NCBI GenBank assembly: GCA_964016885.1
Contig: OZ024741.1
Location: 85,250,001 to 85,314,000 of the forward strand
Source of the DNA: Eledone cirrhosa
Lineage: Eukaryota
Direction: 5' to 3'
Length of the DNA: 64,000 bases
The position numbers and the translations under genes were made by a program. Positions 23,770 through 39,001 of the stretch are shown one piece after another; position 1 is the stretch's first letter, and every line of letters starts with the position of its first letter. Below the pieces are notes generated by a model. That model had not been told where the DNA came from and made no database searches. It worked only from the letters and a program-made list of their open reading frames with translations.

Positions 23770-25335
23770 ATGAATAACAATCAAATAGTGTTTAAAACAT
23801 TCAATCACTTACGATCTTTTCATCCTAGCACAAGGCCAGAATCATCGGAGTATACAATAAAGGTTAAAACACAAATATAATATCAGAAGTTTGTCATAAG
23901 AACATTAGGAGGATACATAATACGGGAAGTAAACACAAGTATCAATATTTATATAAGAAAAGATAGCAATGGTAGAAGAAACATATGAAAAATATGTGCA
24001 TATAAATGCATATAAATTTAATAAAATTCAAACCATTCAAAGGAATTAATGTTGAGCAAATATAATCAGCAAAATAAACATCCAATATAGATTTAAGTGT
24101 TATCAACGGAAAAGCACCACATATTTGAATAGAGGGGAGAAAGTCATACATGCTTAAGCATAAATAACTCCATCTTAACATAGAGTTTGAAAATGTATGC
24201 TTAAGTGACGGTTAATACAAAAATAAAAAATAAAATGGAGGTAATTCATATAAGACATTTTATAAGAAAGTTTCAAATTATTAAATGGAAAAACAAATAT
24301 TTAGTAAGTCAAGTTTGAACGACTTAAAAAAATTATTTAGGGCTAATGATTATAGAACTAGAGAATTATTTTTGAAATAATATATTTACAAAATACAGAT
24401 AAAAAAATCTATCAATGTATACTAAAATGCTATGTATTATTAAAAAAATTATATACATAATATGTTAAATAATATTAAAGGATAAAGAATTATACTAGTT
24501 AATTATATAAATATTGAAAAGATACAACTAAAAACAAATAGAGAGTGAGTGAATGGTTAATGTATAGTATAATTTAGCAAAAATAAATACAAATATAAGT
24601 GGGGCTTATTAAAAATAATATAATAAAATAATAATAAGATGCCTAAATGTGAAGGGGTGGTTATAATAAATTGTAATCATAATAGAAGGGGAATGTAAGA
24701 AGAATGCAATGACACTAATGTTACTAAAAAAATAAGGTATTGGCTACATTGGTACAAATTAGTTCCTAGGTCTAAAATAGTAAAAAGAAAATGGTGATTA
24801 ATACGAGGACAAGTGGAAAACATTTCAGAATTCCTATTTAATAAATTTAATTTAGAATAAATAAAAGTATGGGACTCAAGAAGTCAAAGGTTACAACATT
24901 TATTGGGAGGTTTATAAGAAGTTTTTGCAAATACATTCCAGGTCAAGGTGTAAGGTGTATTATTACTCTTCAAAAATGATATGAAACTAGATAAAGAAGT
25001 AGCATTATTAAGCTTAGAGTTCTTGAAAGTATGAAGATGGGAATTATACCTCATCATAAAACTATTCAATGTAGAACCGATATAGGTTTTGGAATTAGTG
25101 GAAGTTGTGACAATGCAGGTATAAATAATATTCTTAACAAGGCAATTTCTATTAAGAGGGCATACATTATTAGGCCTACAATTACAATTATAGCTATTGA
25201 TTAAGCAGTTTTGAGGGTAAAGATGTGAAGAGTTATTAGAGTTAGATATATGAGTGCTAGAATTGCTATTATTATTCCTATAAGTCATAGAAATTAATGT
25301 GTTATGAGAGTGGTTACTAAAATTATTAGGTACAG
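23770..25335 (-). mobile_element. 5'-truncated Penelope-like element: GIY-YIG C-terminus, long AT-rich 3' region and degenerate HHR (23806-23852)
   Basis: CNCRPNNVCPL..CLVKNIIYTC..TYIGST..RYNSH..CNL; minus strand TACT-CCGATGA-..-GAAAA-GATC-GTA-AGTG; (TA)n at both ends. Confidence 0.8.
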
Positions 25336-25397
25336 TATATATATATATATACATATATATATATTTGTTTATTTTTCTATTTTTATTATATATATAT

Positions 25398-25434
<37 letters not shown>

Positions 25435-25679
25435 ATGTATGTATATAAAATGTCTTTATCCAATAAGGTATATAAAACTTTAGAGCAATTATTTATTATA
25501 AGCAGAGATTAAAAATGTAAAAGATATAACTGCGTAAATATGTACACTGTCCTACACACGCGCTTATACATAGATTTGCGTTTACGTATACACGTAGAAA
25601 TATGTTCTGAATTAAAGGTATGTATAATAGATATTGTTCAACACATATTAGTAAGTCTGAATGTATATGAATATATTTG

Positions 25680-27430
25680 TACCTCAGAAGAATTATGGGC
25701 TCCTGGCTCCTGGGATGCGTAGTAGGGCTCTGACACCCTCTTCGACGTCATATCTACAAAGAAAGAGAGGTGGTCCGGGAACGGTTTGGAGATTCTTCTC
25801 CAAATCAGACCCGAAGACATAAAAAATATCCCGGACGACATCAAACTACCAAACGGCCGAACTGTTTCGTTTGTGGTGAAGCCACACATCTGCGAGCCTT
25901 TTGCCCCAGCTGAAACTTTAGGGGGCTATAAAGTTCCGTTGCTGCCAAAACCAGTGTTAAGACAACAGTAAAGGAAACAGTACCACCAGCACCAATAGAA
26001 TCAGTAACAACACCAACAAGGACCAAACCTCACAGGGAGTTGCCTAAACAAGCTCTCATTCCCCCCCCCCCCCCCTCTTTCAAACATATACGCACAGACC
26101 AACACTCAAATGCCTGTAAACACACTCCCCCTCCCCTCTGACACAGAATCTCCAGGCATAAATTCCTTCTCAATCCAAAGTGAAGATGTGGGAGAAACCG
26201 ACAAGCCAAAAAACAAAACAGAAAACACAAAAGAAAATTCATCTTCACACAGACAAACAAGCACACAAAACACACCCAAAGCAAATACAGACACCCACAG
26301 CAAACATAGACACCCACAGAAAACATAGACACACCTACAACAAGAACAACATAACTGCAAGTCATGCCCCACAAAAAAAAGACACGCAGACACCAACAAC
26401 GACAGAAACACCCAGCTTCATGTTACTAAGAAGGGCCAACAAAAGACTTATGACCCGTGTAACACGAAGTCAAGATATTGAGAAAGAGGGGGGTATTTTT
26501 AACACTTGCACCTTCAAAGTGCCCCAAACACTGCTGGTGGTGTGGTTGCCAATAAACACCTACAAAAATTGGGAAGTGCTTCTGCGACGACGTGGGAATC
26601 TCTAATGTGAAAGCTTCGAGTAGGCTTTTAAAGGGGTTCCCAATGGAAATCCCACCAACTATTGAGGTCGAACCGCCCGACCTCCACAAGACCTCGGGAG
26701 GTAAATAAACCTTTCCTCTCTCTCGTTTAGCCTGCCAGCATGGCCATCCTAAGAGTAGGATGTTTAAATGTTCATGGCTTGGGGTCGTCCTGGAAGCAGG
26801 ATCGCATGCTGAACGACCTAAGGTCAGTGAGGCCAGGATTTCTGACGCGCGCGCACTAGCCTCCATTCTCGACGACTATCAGATCTTCGCATTTCTTAGT
26901 TCGCCGAGAATGGGAGGTAGGTGTCAGTGCTGTTTAGAAAAGGCCTGGATCTCGAGGTAAGGTCAATCTTCTGGGACCTAGGCGGTACATTGGTAATCCT
27001 GGACGTGAACAATAACGAAGGTGGTGCCTTTAGACTGGTGGCTGTCTACGCGCCGACCGCAGCCGGACGGCCGGACTTCTTTAGGCACCTGAAAACATTT
27101 CTCGGATCGTCTCGCCCTTTACTGTTAGCGGAGGACCTAAACTTCATCGTAGACACACGCTGGGGTTGTGTTAGAGTAGCTGATAGGAACGGGGGATGCA
27201 AAAGCCTGAAGTACCTGATCAGCCAGTTGCAACTGCCTGACAGATACCGAGTAAGTTTCCCTAATGCACCAGTGTGAACCTGCACTAACCGTATAGAGTC
27301 ATCTAGATGGTATATAGATAGGTTTTCTATTAGGTCAATAAATAAGGATAGTATAGGTTGTCCACACTTTCAAACGGTTGCATATTCAGATCACAAATGT
27401 TGTGATCTGTATGGTCGACCTGGATAAGAC
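25680..27430 (+). mobile_element. Degenerate L1/Tx1-type 5' fragment: ORF1 remnant plus APE endonuclease from ATG 26740
   Basis: EILLQIRPE..IP resembles ORF1 at 59 kb; MAILRVGCLNVHGL, FRLVAVYAP, YSDH. Confidence 0.85.
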
Positions 27431-28999
27431 GGAATTGTCAGAAAAGCTCCAATCATAATTGTATATAAGAATCTTTCATTTATATTATAAATATCAGCTT
27501 AATAATGAGGAAGTTAGCTATATTACATCACTCTACATTCTTGATTATTTTGAAAATGGTTTGAGATTATAGGCAGTCCCTTTCATGAGAAATGTGGTAA
27601 CGAAATGTGTTAATATTTATTTTTTAAAAAATTATCTCACAATTATATGGAAAAAACCTTTACCTTATGTTCCAAACACCTGCGTAATAATGATAAAATT
27701 AGCTATGTTACTAAACTCCTCCAAATACTTTATTATTTTCAAAACTGTTTTTCATTAGAAATATGGTAACGAAAAGGTTAAGAGAGCAAAGGGAATAACC
27801 TAAGACACATTTGGCTGCTATTTGTAGCAAATCAATAAACGACAGAAAAATACTCCTTCATTGGCCTATTATCTTCATACTGTCAGCTGTATCTCTCTTC
27901 TTCATATATATTGGGTTCAATCCAGTTTAAAACATCATCCCACACACAAAAATTCATTTGTGCATGGCAAAAATATAGATTTAAAAAAATTAATATTTAA
28001 TTTCTATATAAATTGATATTTCAAGTTTGCTTTTATTTTTGGTTCTTTTATTTTGATTTTCGCTCTCCCACCCACCTCAATAATATTACAATTGAAGGTA
28101 AATAACTTATGTTATGATTTAATTTGGAATAAGCAATTAGTGAGAAATCAGCAAATTAATTTAGTTTTTCATTTACACCGAGAGTTATTAGGGTTAAATG
28201 ATGAGGAAGACGGGAAGTTGTAGTATAGTCTCTTTTTAATTTGTTATTCATCACCATCATCATCATCATCAGCATTATCATCATTAGAAGAATTTGTCAT
28301 CTATTTTCCATGCTAGCATAGGTTGGATGGATGGTTTCAGAACATCTGACTACTCAATAGAAGCTATCGACATGCTAAATTAACGAGAACCCCATCTGGC
28401 TTACATGTGGTTTTGTATCGTTTCAATAGCTGGATGTCCTTCATAATGCCAACCACTTTACAGCGTGTACTGGGTGTATTTTATCATGGTACCAGCACTA
28501 GGGAGGCTGCCGTATTCTTAACACAGCTGAAGAGTCCCATCGACCTTTTTTTTGCATGCTTTCTACAGCTGGATGCTCTTTCTAAAACCAATCATTTTAT
28601 AAAGTGCACTGGATGCATGTTACCATGGCAGCAGCGCTAAGGAGGTTGTCATGCCCTAGACACGACTGAAGAGTCTTCAGTACGCAACTTAGAGAGATAG
28701 TAAGATCCAACTGAAGGCAGTGCCCACCTCATTGGTTTCCAATGACTGAAACACGTAAAAGAATATACATTTCGGAATGAAAGATTAAATCAATCCTTCC
28801 CACTTTCAATTTGTTTGAAAATCGGCAACTGTCTTTGTACTCAGAATCCTAAGTGCTAATTGCTCCAGTTTTCCATTTGTCCCTCCACCGTTTCCTTCGT
28901 GTTTATATAAATCTGCCTGCAGAATTTAAAAATTTCTTCTATATTATATATACACAGAGAGAGACAGAGGGAGAGAGTGAGAGAGAAAGGGAAACATAG

Positions 29000-29712
<713 letters not shown>

Positions 29713-30407
29713 TATAGGGAGAGAGAAAGAGAGAAAATAAATTAATTTAGAGAATTATTTTTTCTATTTTTTTATTTCTTTTTAAAAGAATGAAAAAGAA
29801 AAATCGAGGAAAATATGTTAAGATATCTAATTACCTTCGTTTTCTCTTCGGGTTTATTAGTATGCAGAAACGAGTTTGAACAAATTCTTATAGAAAATAT
29901 TATCATTAGGTACTGGTTCGTAGTTTTTTTTATTTATTTCTACTTGATTTCTTTTGCTCTATTGGTAGTCGGCTGCAATTAAGACAATAGCTAGATATAT
30001 TCCAAGCTTATATATTATTACATTCTATGCTAATTACTTACAGCATATAGGAGATAATATGGTGATACTGCTGCTGTTACTTGTGGTACACATGGTAGAG
30101 TTAATGATGCTGGTGCTAGGTAGCTACAGCCGGTAATTTTTGTTAAATCCTACGCTGTAACAAGTCTTTGTGGAAAGACGTTGGTAAGTGTATGTGTGGG
30201 TGTATGAATGTGAATGTGAGTGTGTGCGTGTGTTGTTGCTGGTAGGGGGTAATGACAGCGTTGATTTTTTTGTTTTAAATCCTGTACGTTTATAAAATTT
30301 GTGTGTGTGAGTGTGTCTCTATATACATACATAAATATATACATGTATATATGTGTGTGTGTGTGTGTTTGAAAGGGAGTAAGGTTCTATATAAAAAAAA
30401 GATGTTA

Positions 30408-30880
30408 TAGAGAAAAAGTGGAATTGGAAAACACCACAGAAAATATATTTAAAGAATTTGTTTTTCTTTTTTTCTTCTTTGATCCGTTAAAGTGATATTA
30501 TTGAAAAAATGAAAGGAACAATTTACTTTTTAAAAGAGGTGTTTTATAATGTATATAAATATATAAAATATTACCGGTGTCGATATATCGGTGTAATCCA
30601 TCTTAAAATTAAGTGTTGAAGAAGGTCATCTTCAACACTTAATTTTTAATACATTTAAATTATTTTTAATTGTAATATTCAACATTTGATAAGATGCATT
30701 ACACCGATACATCGAAACCGGTTATATTTTATATACATTATAAAACTCCTGTTTTTAAAAAAAGAAATTGTTCCGCTCGTTTCAATAAAGTCACTTTGAC
30801 GGATCAAAGAAGAAAAAAAGATAAACAGATTCTTAAATATATTTTCCGTGGTGTTTTCCAATTCCACTTTCTCTTTCACC
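30408..30880. mobile_element. Inverted pair of PLE 3' termini, same family as 18222-18430
   Basis: 30408-30605 is the reverse complement of 30690-30880; central hairpin aaaattaagtgttgaaga/tcttcaacacttaatttt. Confidence 0.85.
30681..30728 (+). ncRNA. Minimal hammerhead, U3-A8 core variant
   Basis: AACAT-TTGATAA-GATG..CATC-GAAAC-CG-GTT-ATATT. Confidence 0.6.
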
Positions 30881-30938
<58 letters not shown>

Positions 30939-31475
30939 TTCGTTCGTGTGTTCGTCAATCCACTATTATTTTTCAGTTGTATGTATTCATTAAGTAATTC
31001 GTGAGTACGCATTATTAAGCACTCGACGTAGTATCAGTTCCTGACTGTGATGTAATCATGAATGTTTACGTACAACGCAGATTTTTGGTATAATAATGAA
31101 GAATAAGGCAGTAAGTCGGTTTTTATTTATTAGTTCTATTTTATATAAAGAAGAAAATAAACTTTTATTTACAATTATATAAATAACATTACAAACGGCG
31201 AAGGAGTAAAGAAGGGCAGATCTGGTTGTGTGGGAAAGTAGAGGGGAGGACTATAAAAGCCATAAATGAGTGGAAAGGGTGGTAAAAATCAACGACTCTA
31301 AGGCCATAGAAGAAAAGCGGGGAGAGGGCTCTGGGCTCTGGGCCTAGGGCGCAACAGTTGTTAGAATCTTACATTGTTTTGTTAATTACGTCATTGCAAT
31401 TATATAATTAATAAAATGATGTAAGATTCCAATATATTGCCTTAGTCTTCATTATCTTCATTATACATTGTATAA

Positions 31476-31511
<36 letters not shown>

Positions 31512-31515
<4 letters not shown>

Positions 31516-32426
31516 GGATACTTAGTCAAATCGAATGTCTGGCGGTGTGCAAGCAAATTCGGCCTACTATGTGAATGAGTTAGCAAAGCACTCGACAAGG
31601 TAGGTCCTCAGAGTAATAACATACGTTTAAATATGACAAATTGAACATTGTGGTAGGCAAAATCTAACACACAATATACCAAAGTAACGAAAAAACTAAC
31701 AGCAGGTTGAGAAAAATACACATGGACAAATTAAACGTTTTACGTTTAAAGTGTTTCTATGAATCCGAAATCAAATATCAGACTTACGTGACTGGCAAGC
31801 TCGTGGTATTCATGATCGAACAGAGGATTCAGTTCATCAACAGGTTTTCGTTTTACCAAAGAACGGGGCGATAAGCTAAATGTTGCCGCTAGGTGCAGCA
31901 TATCTTATATATAGTTGTCACGTGTTATTTCCAGCAAGGGAAATAACCTCCGGTTTTTGGCGGGTCATTCAAAATGTTAGACAAAGGAAATATTATAATT
32001 TCCGCTAACCATCAGAATAAGCTCTCGACCAGATGTTATTAAACAAACACAAATAATTAACCAATCAATAGAATTGTCTAATTAAATTAATTAGTTAATT
32101 ATTAAATCTAGGAGAAAATAATATAATTGGATACTTAGTCAAATCGAATCTCTGGCGGTGTGCAAGCAAATTCGCCTACTATGTGAATGAGTTAGCAAAG
32201 CACTCGACAAGGTAGGTCCTCAGAGTAATAACATACGTTTAAATATGACAAATTGAACATTGTGGTAGGCAAAATCTAACACACAATATACCAAAGTAAC
32301 GAAAAAACTAACAGCAGGTTGAGAAAAATGCACCTGGACAAATTAAGCGTTATACGTTTAAAGTGTTTCTATGAATCCGAAATCAAATATCAGACTTACG
32401 TAACTGGCAAGCTTGTGGTATTCATG

Positions 32427-32431
<5 letters not shown>
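31512..32431. repeat. ~307-bp direct repeats (period 613) around a ~305-bp spacer, inside (TA)n
   Basis: 31512-31819 and 32125-32431 nearly identical. Confidence 0.92.
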
Positions 32432-32497
<66 letters not shown>

Positions 32498-32784
32498 ATG
32501 GAGAATAGAAATGGCTGTGTAGTTGCTATTTAAGGTAACTTAAAATGCAGTGGGAATACGAAGAAAGCAAGAACGGTGGAGGGGGGGTTCCTCATCAGTT
32601 GTCTACTGGGGGTCCGGGATATTTCTACGCTTTAAAGACAAGATATCTCACCCCAGGGCGTCAATAACTCGATAAGTTATTGGGAAAACGGAAGAGGAAG
32701 GGAGGAAAAGTGAAAACAGTAAAAAAACAGCGAAAAAAAACAACATACATATATATACATATATATTTTTTATGTATATATATA

Positions 32785-33498
32785 TAGGAAAAAGTATGAC
32801 CCCGACGGCAGACCTCAAGCCGTTTCGACGGCTATTTCTGGAGTAAATTAGAATTTTTAGCCTGGTGAATAAATAGCCGAACTTGTCAAGGGAGTACTTC
32901 CTTATATGGGAAGATTGTAGTTGTCAAGAGGATTGGTAAAATTTGTTGTAAACACAAATAAGTCTATCATGGCATCATTTGGTGGGAGGTAGGGGTGGCT
33001 GAACTTGCCTGTAGAACAATAGGGGAGTGAGTGGAGCGGTCAGACGTTGAAAGTGATATGTATACAGCAGAATCTAAGGATAGTGTATGAAGTTGGGGAG
33101 GGAGGTTATAGAATAGGTAAATCGAATGAGAGTAGGAGACAATAAAAGATACTAGAAATAAATAAAAGAATATATAAAATTAAAAAGTGAGAAATGAATA
33201 AAAAAAATCACAATGCTATCTTACAATTACAGGTTAATAAGTTGAGAATAGAAAAAACTTGTAGAAATTACAAAACTGATACAAAATTAAAGGGGTTTAA
33301 CTCATCTGCTATAAGTAGTTAGTAAAACGTATTAGGCCAATTCTATCTTAAAATTACAGGGGTGGGGGAACTGATGCTACAGAGGCCCGATGGGCTGCCG
33401 TCTGGGTCATACATTTTCCTATTTCCCACTCTACTATCCCAAGTATTGAGTACTCTGGTGCGTTATGGTCCATCTGGTTCCTTACCACATTTCCTTTG

Positions 33499-33500
<2 letters not shown>
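32785..33500. mobile_element. Family C element with long spacer: intact HHR arm on minus, tail arm on plus
   Basis: ataggaaaaagtatgaccccgacggcag at 32785; gccgtctgggtcatacattttcctatttcccactctact...cctttgtt(ta)n at 33397-33500. Confidence 0.8.
32800..32893 (-). ncRNA. Type I hammerhead, U3-A8 core variant, long stem II
   Basis: TCCC-TTGACAA-GTTCGGCTATTT...AAATAGCCGTC-GAAAC-GGC-TTGAGGTCT-GCC-GTC-GGGG. Confidence 0.72.
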
Positions 33501-33530
<30 letters not shown>

Positions 33531-33829
33531 CAAAGAGGGCGTGGTAACTAAACTATTTGTCCCCAATCCGTTCCTGGTTTTAGTCATTTTTCTTCAACAT
33601 ATTCTTCTTCTATTTTTGACAGTTTTTATATTGTAACTTTAATTGTATGATTTTATTCGTTTGGTTTTTGTTGTTTTTGTTTTGTTTTTCATATTCTTCA
33701 AACAAATCTAAATGAATTTCAATTTCTAATGTGACAATCTTTAGATAAGAAAGGGATTTTGGTACAATTCCATAGAGTGTGATCGGTTTAAAGCACTTCA
33801 AAATAATATATGTATATACATATACATTC

Positions 33830-34895
<1,066 letters not shown>

Positions 34896-35154
34896 AGAAT
34901 GGAAACGAGAGAGACAGAGAGAGAGATAGGGAGAGTGAGAGAGCGATGGAAAGAAGGAGATGGAGGGAAAATAGAAAAGAACAGGAATTATCTACCTTCT
35001 GGCAATCTACGTATAAATAATTTACTTTGAAGCATAAGTAATGTCTTAGATTTCTCCCTGATAACCAGATGCACAACAACGACAAAGAAAAGGGGAAAAA
35101 TGAAATAAATATCCATCAATGTTTTGTTTTTGAAAGTTGTTTATTCTTTGAGTA

Positions 35155-35775
35155 AAATTTACCATCTTCCAACAACATCTACCAGCTTCCCCAAGACCAT
35201 ATTTAATCAACGTCCTCCGTTCTACAACGTCCTCCTTCAGCCTCCAGCATCTGCCACCACCTTCAACAAACTGCCACTAATTTTCACCATCCTCTATCAG
35301 CTTCCACCTTCCTTCTTCTACTTGTATCCACCGCTGTCCAAAAGCCTTCACTTGCCTCCACCAGCCTTAACTAGCATCCACCAGCATCCTCCATCTTCCA
35401 CCGGCCTCCATCATTTTCCGCTATCTTGTACCACCCTGCACCACTCTCCACTAGCTTCACTAATCTTCCAGCAAGTCTTCACACGATTCGTCACACGATT
35501 TAGACATCTTTTTCCAGCCTCCACCACTTTCAATCAGCCTCTAAACTCTTCCGCCATCTTCCAGCCTCTTCCACCTTCTTCCAGCAACTTCCAATAGCCT
35601 CTACCAGCTTCCACCAACCTCTACTATCTTCCACACTCCATTTTCCACTAGCATCCACTCGTCTACTTCATCTTCCACCATCCATCTCCAGCCCCAATCA
35701 GCCGCCACCATCTTCCACTTGCGTCTACCATTTTTCTCCAGCTTCTACAAGCTTCCACATTCTTCCGCCACCTGT
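35155..35775. repeat. Degenerate C-rich tandem repeat (ccacca/cttcca motifs)
   Basis: Repeated cttccaccagc-like units with stops in several frames. Confidence 0.75.
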
Positions 35776-37389
35776 AAATGTTTACATCAAATCTACATCC
35801 ATAGTATTATATACTTCTTTGATAATAATATAATATAATTTAACATACTATAACATCCAGTCACTCTTTTGATATCAAATAGCCTGGAAATGCCATTGGT
35901 TCTGTGATACCAAATTGTACATTTCACAATGCTTATATAATATATATATCTAAATCTTTTTATCAGTATATATATATATGACTTTGGTGGCAGTTACGGA
36001 ACATACATACGTGAAGAATTGGCTGGTAAACATGTATTGTAAGCGTAAATGCAAACACACAAACATACATATATATAGACACGCACACGCATGCATACAT
36101 ACGCATACATATAAAATCCACAATTAGTTACAATTTGGCAAAAAAACCGAGCATTTTTTATTCTTTCCATAAAACAACAGTTTAGATTCTAGTTAATTAT
36201 TATCATAAAATGCAGCATTTTGCATCACCGATTATCTGTGGTTGAGGCTTTTCAGTCATACTTTCTATATTAATAAAGTAAAATCTAATTTATTTGGTAA
36301 ATAGGAAAAAGGAAGCACCTGTTTACGACGTATCAGATTTCTGGAAGTTTCTAATGAATTCTGCATGTGGAAATATCAATATCAATGAGAATATATGTTG
36401 ACATTAAATAAATTGGCATAGAATATATTTCTTTCTTATTTAATTTGAGTCCAATTTCCTTTCTTTAGATATATTATTTTTCTCTACATCTGGATCTATA
36501 CTTCCTTCCATATATATACGTCACTCTTCTCGGGTATATTTTGCTAGAGTTGGACCTAATTAGCTCCAAATGTATTTCCCTTCAGATGTAGCTCACTCTA
36601 TCTAGTTATATTTAACCTTCTATACCAATCTAGCTAGCTCCAAATCTGTTTAGCTCTAAATATATTTATCCTTCTAGCTCAGATATATTTAACATTCTGG
36701 ATGTATTCAACTCATGTATTTGCCTCCATATATAGTTCACTCCAGATATATTTAATCTTCTAAATCTGGACATATTCAGTTCCATGTATGTTTTCTTCCG
36801 TTTTTACTGCAGTTTGTAAAATATGACCCTCTCTCATACATTTCTAAACTCATTCACTACAGGTTTGTTACAATTAATAACCCTATAGGAATCATAAACT
36901 ATTCTCTCAAAGTATATTTCTTATTAGAATTCATTACTATCTCACTTTGATGGTTCCTTCTACTCTCCATCTGACCAGTTTTGGAGGCCCTTCGGATAAA
37001 GAAATTAAAAAGGAAATCTTGAGGCTGTATGAGTCAATAAGGAAACCTCTATAGAGTAGAGGTGCTCAACACCCTGGATGTAGCCACTAAACCCCACCAA
37101 ATCATACCTTATTGCATGAAAAGAGAGAGTATGGAGCCCTTACAAGGAAGTAACAAATGTTTTTCTTTTGTTATTGTTTAGTCAGAAAGGCTATACGCAT
37201 GGCACTTTTCAGGGCCTTTGAGATTGGTAAGTAGTAAAGGAAGGTATCTTCAAACCAGATACCTGGTCCAAATGCTTACAACAAAGTGGACTCCCTTAAA
37301 GACACACTAGGGCTCAGGGTGGTCTAAAACAAACGACGGATTAAGTATACTTGCACTAGCATTTTACAGATTGGACTTGGTACAATTTA

Positions 37390-37750
37390 TTGGGGTACTA
37401 GCACTGCCACTTTACAGCGTGTATTTGGTACATTTTATTGTGACACCAGCACTACCACTATATTGAGTGGATTGTGTGCGTTGTAATGCAGCACTAGCAC
37501 TACCAAATTTCAGAGTGTACTGGGTGCATTTTATCATAGCACCAGCACTACCACTTTCTAGGATGAACTGGGTGTGTTTTATCGTGGTATCAGCAATTCC
37601 ATTTTAGAGAATGGGCTGGGGTCTATATTATCGTGACACCAACGCAACCATTTTACATAGATGCATTTTGTCATGGTATCAGCTTTAACACTTTCAAGTG
37701 TTGATTGGGTTTATTTTCTCGTGGCACAAGCACTACCACTTTCCCGAGTG
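37390..37750 (+). repeat. Degenerate ~42-bp minisatellite derived from a dispersed repeat also seen at 28440-28640 and 9520-9610 (-)
   Basis: Units like caccagcactaccactttacagagtgtactgggtgcattttatcgtg. Confidence 0.75.
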
Positions 37751-38036
37751 TATTTATAATGTCTGCCACTTATATCTGTGTTTCTTTCATCTATTCGCTT
37801 CTTCCGTGAAATGAAATTACTCACTTCTGGAAGTGATTCTATAGATATTTGTTCCTTTGATTCTCAGCCGACCAAGCAGAGAAATTCAGTGAGGATCAAG
37901 TACGGCAGGATTCTCTTCATTCATTAAATTTCTTCAGTACATTCTCACTGGGAAATTGAATTGAATGATTAGATATCAATAAATATCCATAAACAGACAC
38001 AGACACACACACGCACACACATACACCACACCACAC

Positions 38037-38120
<84 letters not shown>

Positions 38121-38262
38121 GGCAGCGAATTTATTTGCTGGATCAATTGTAAGAAATATAATTATTTCTTTATTAGCCTCAAGATGTAGTGTTGTTTTTT
38201 ATCAATATATTTATAGATACATACATACATACATACATACATACATACATACATACATACAT

Positions 38263-38868
38263 GGTGGCTGCCAACTCGTTTCCGAGTACGGCCACTACTT
38301 TATATCCATGTAGGAGAACCCCTACCGATGCGCTGAACGAGTGTGACTTTTTAGTCCAGCCAGCGACTTGAAAACTCTGGTACAAACACTACACTTGTAA
38401 CAATTATTGACACATAGTGCTGGCCCATGGTACCATGTTACGACAAGTGTAGAGAGATCTCCAGATATAAAGCAATGCCTGTGCCGTGAAGCTTTTTTCG
38501 TGAGCAAAGGCACTGAACAAAGTCAGCCCCACTCTCTTAACCAAGATGATATTTACCAAAAAGAAGAACAAGTCAACATCATTGGATACCACCAGGGTTG
38601 CAGGTGTTATATCAGAGTTTTCCTTCTCCTCGAATTCTGCCTTGACAAAGGCTAAGGGGTCATCTCTCCCGGTGATTTTGGATGGCCATTGACTCTTAAG
38701 AGCTCCTTTGCCCTTTGAGAGGTTTTGTTTTTAGTCCTGCAGGATGTCCCAAGTCACCCTCCTCACCAAGAAACCTTGGTGGAGTTGCCAGTTTAGTCGC
38801 CAACGACCCGACCATGAGACAGGTTGTACTGGGATACATGTTACCAGTAGCACCAACTGGTGACCTGA
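38263..38868 (-). mobile_element. Internally deleted RTE-type retrotransposon within (TACA)n
   Basis: C-terminal C2H2 CSVCTRVFKSLAGLKSH, short 3' UTR hairpin actcggaaacgagt and (ATGT)n tail; structured 5' leader; (TACA)n on both sides. Confidence 0.65.
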
Positions 38869-39001
38869 CATACATACATACATACATACATACATACATA
38901 CATACATACATACATGCATGCATACATACATACATACATACATACATACATACATACATACATACATACATACATACATACATACATACATACATACATA
39001 C

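Noticed and set aside
32585-32605. CTGATGAG on minus as a hammerhead
   Set aside because: No downstream stem II, GAAA or NUH arrangement
35124-35597. Pro/Ser-rich protein
   Set aside because: Degenerate tandem repeat with no splice or domain evidence
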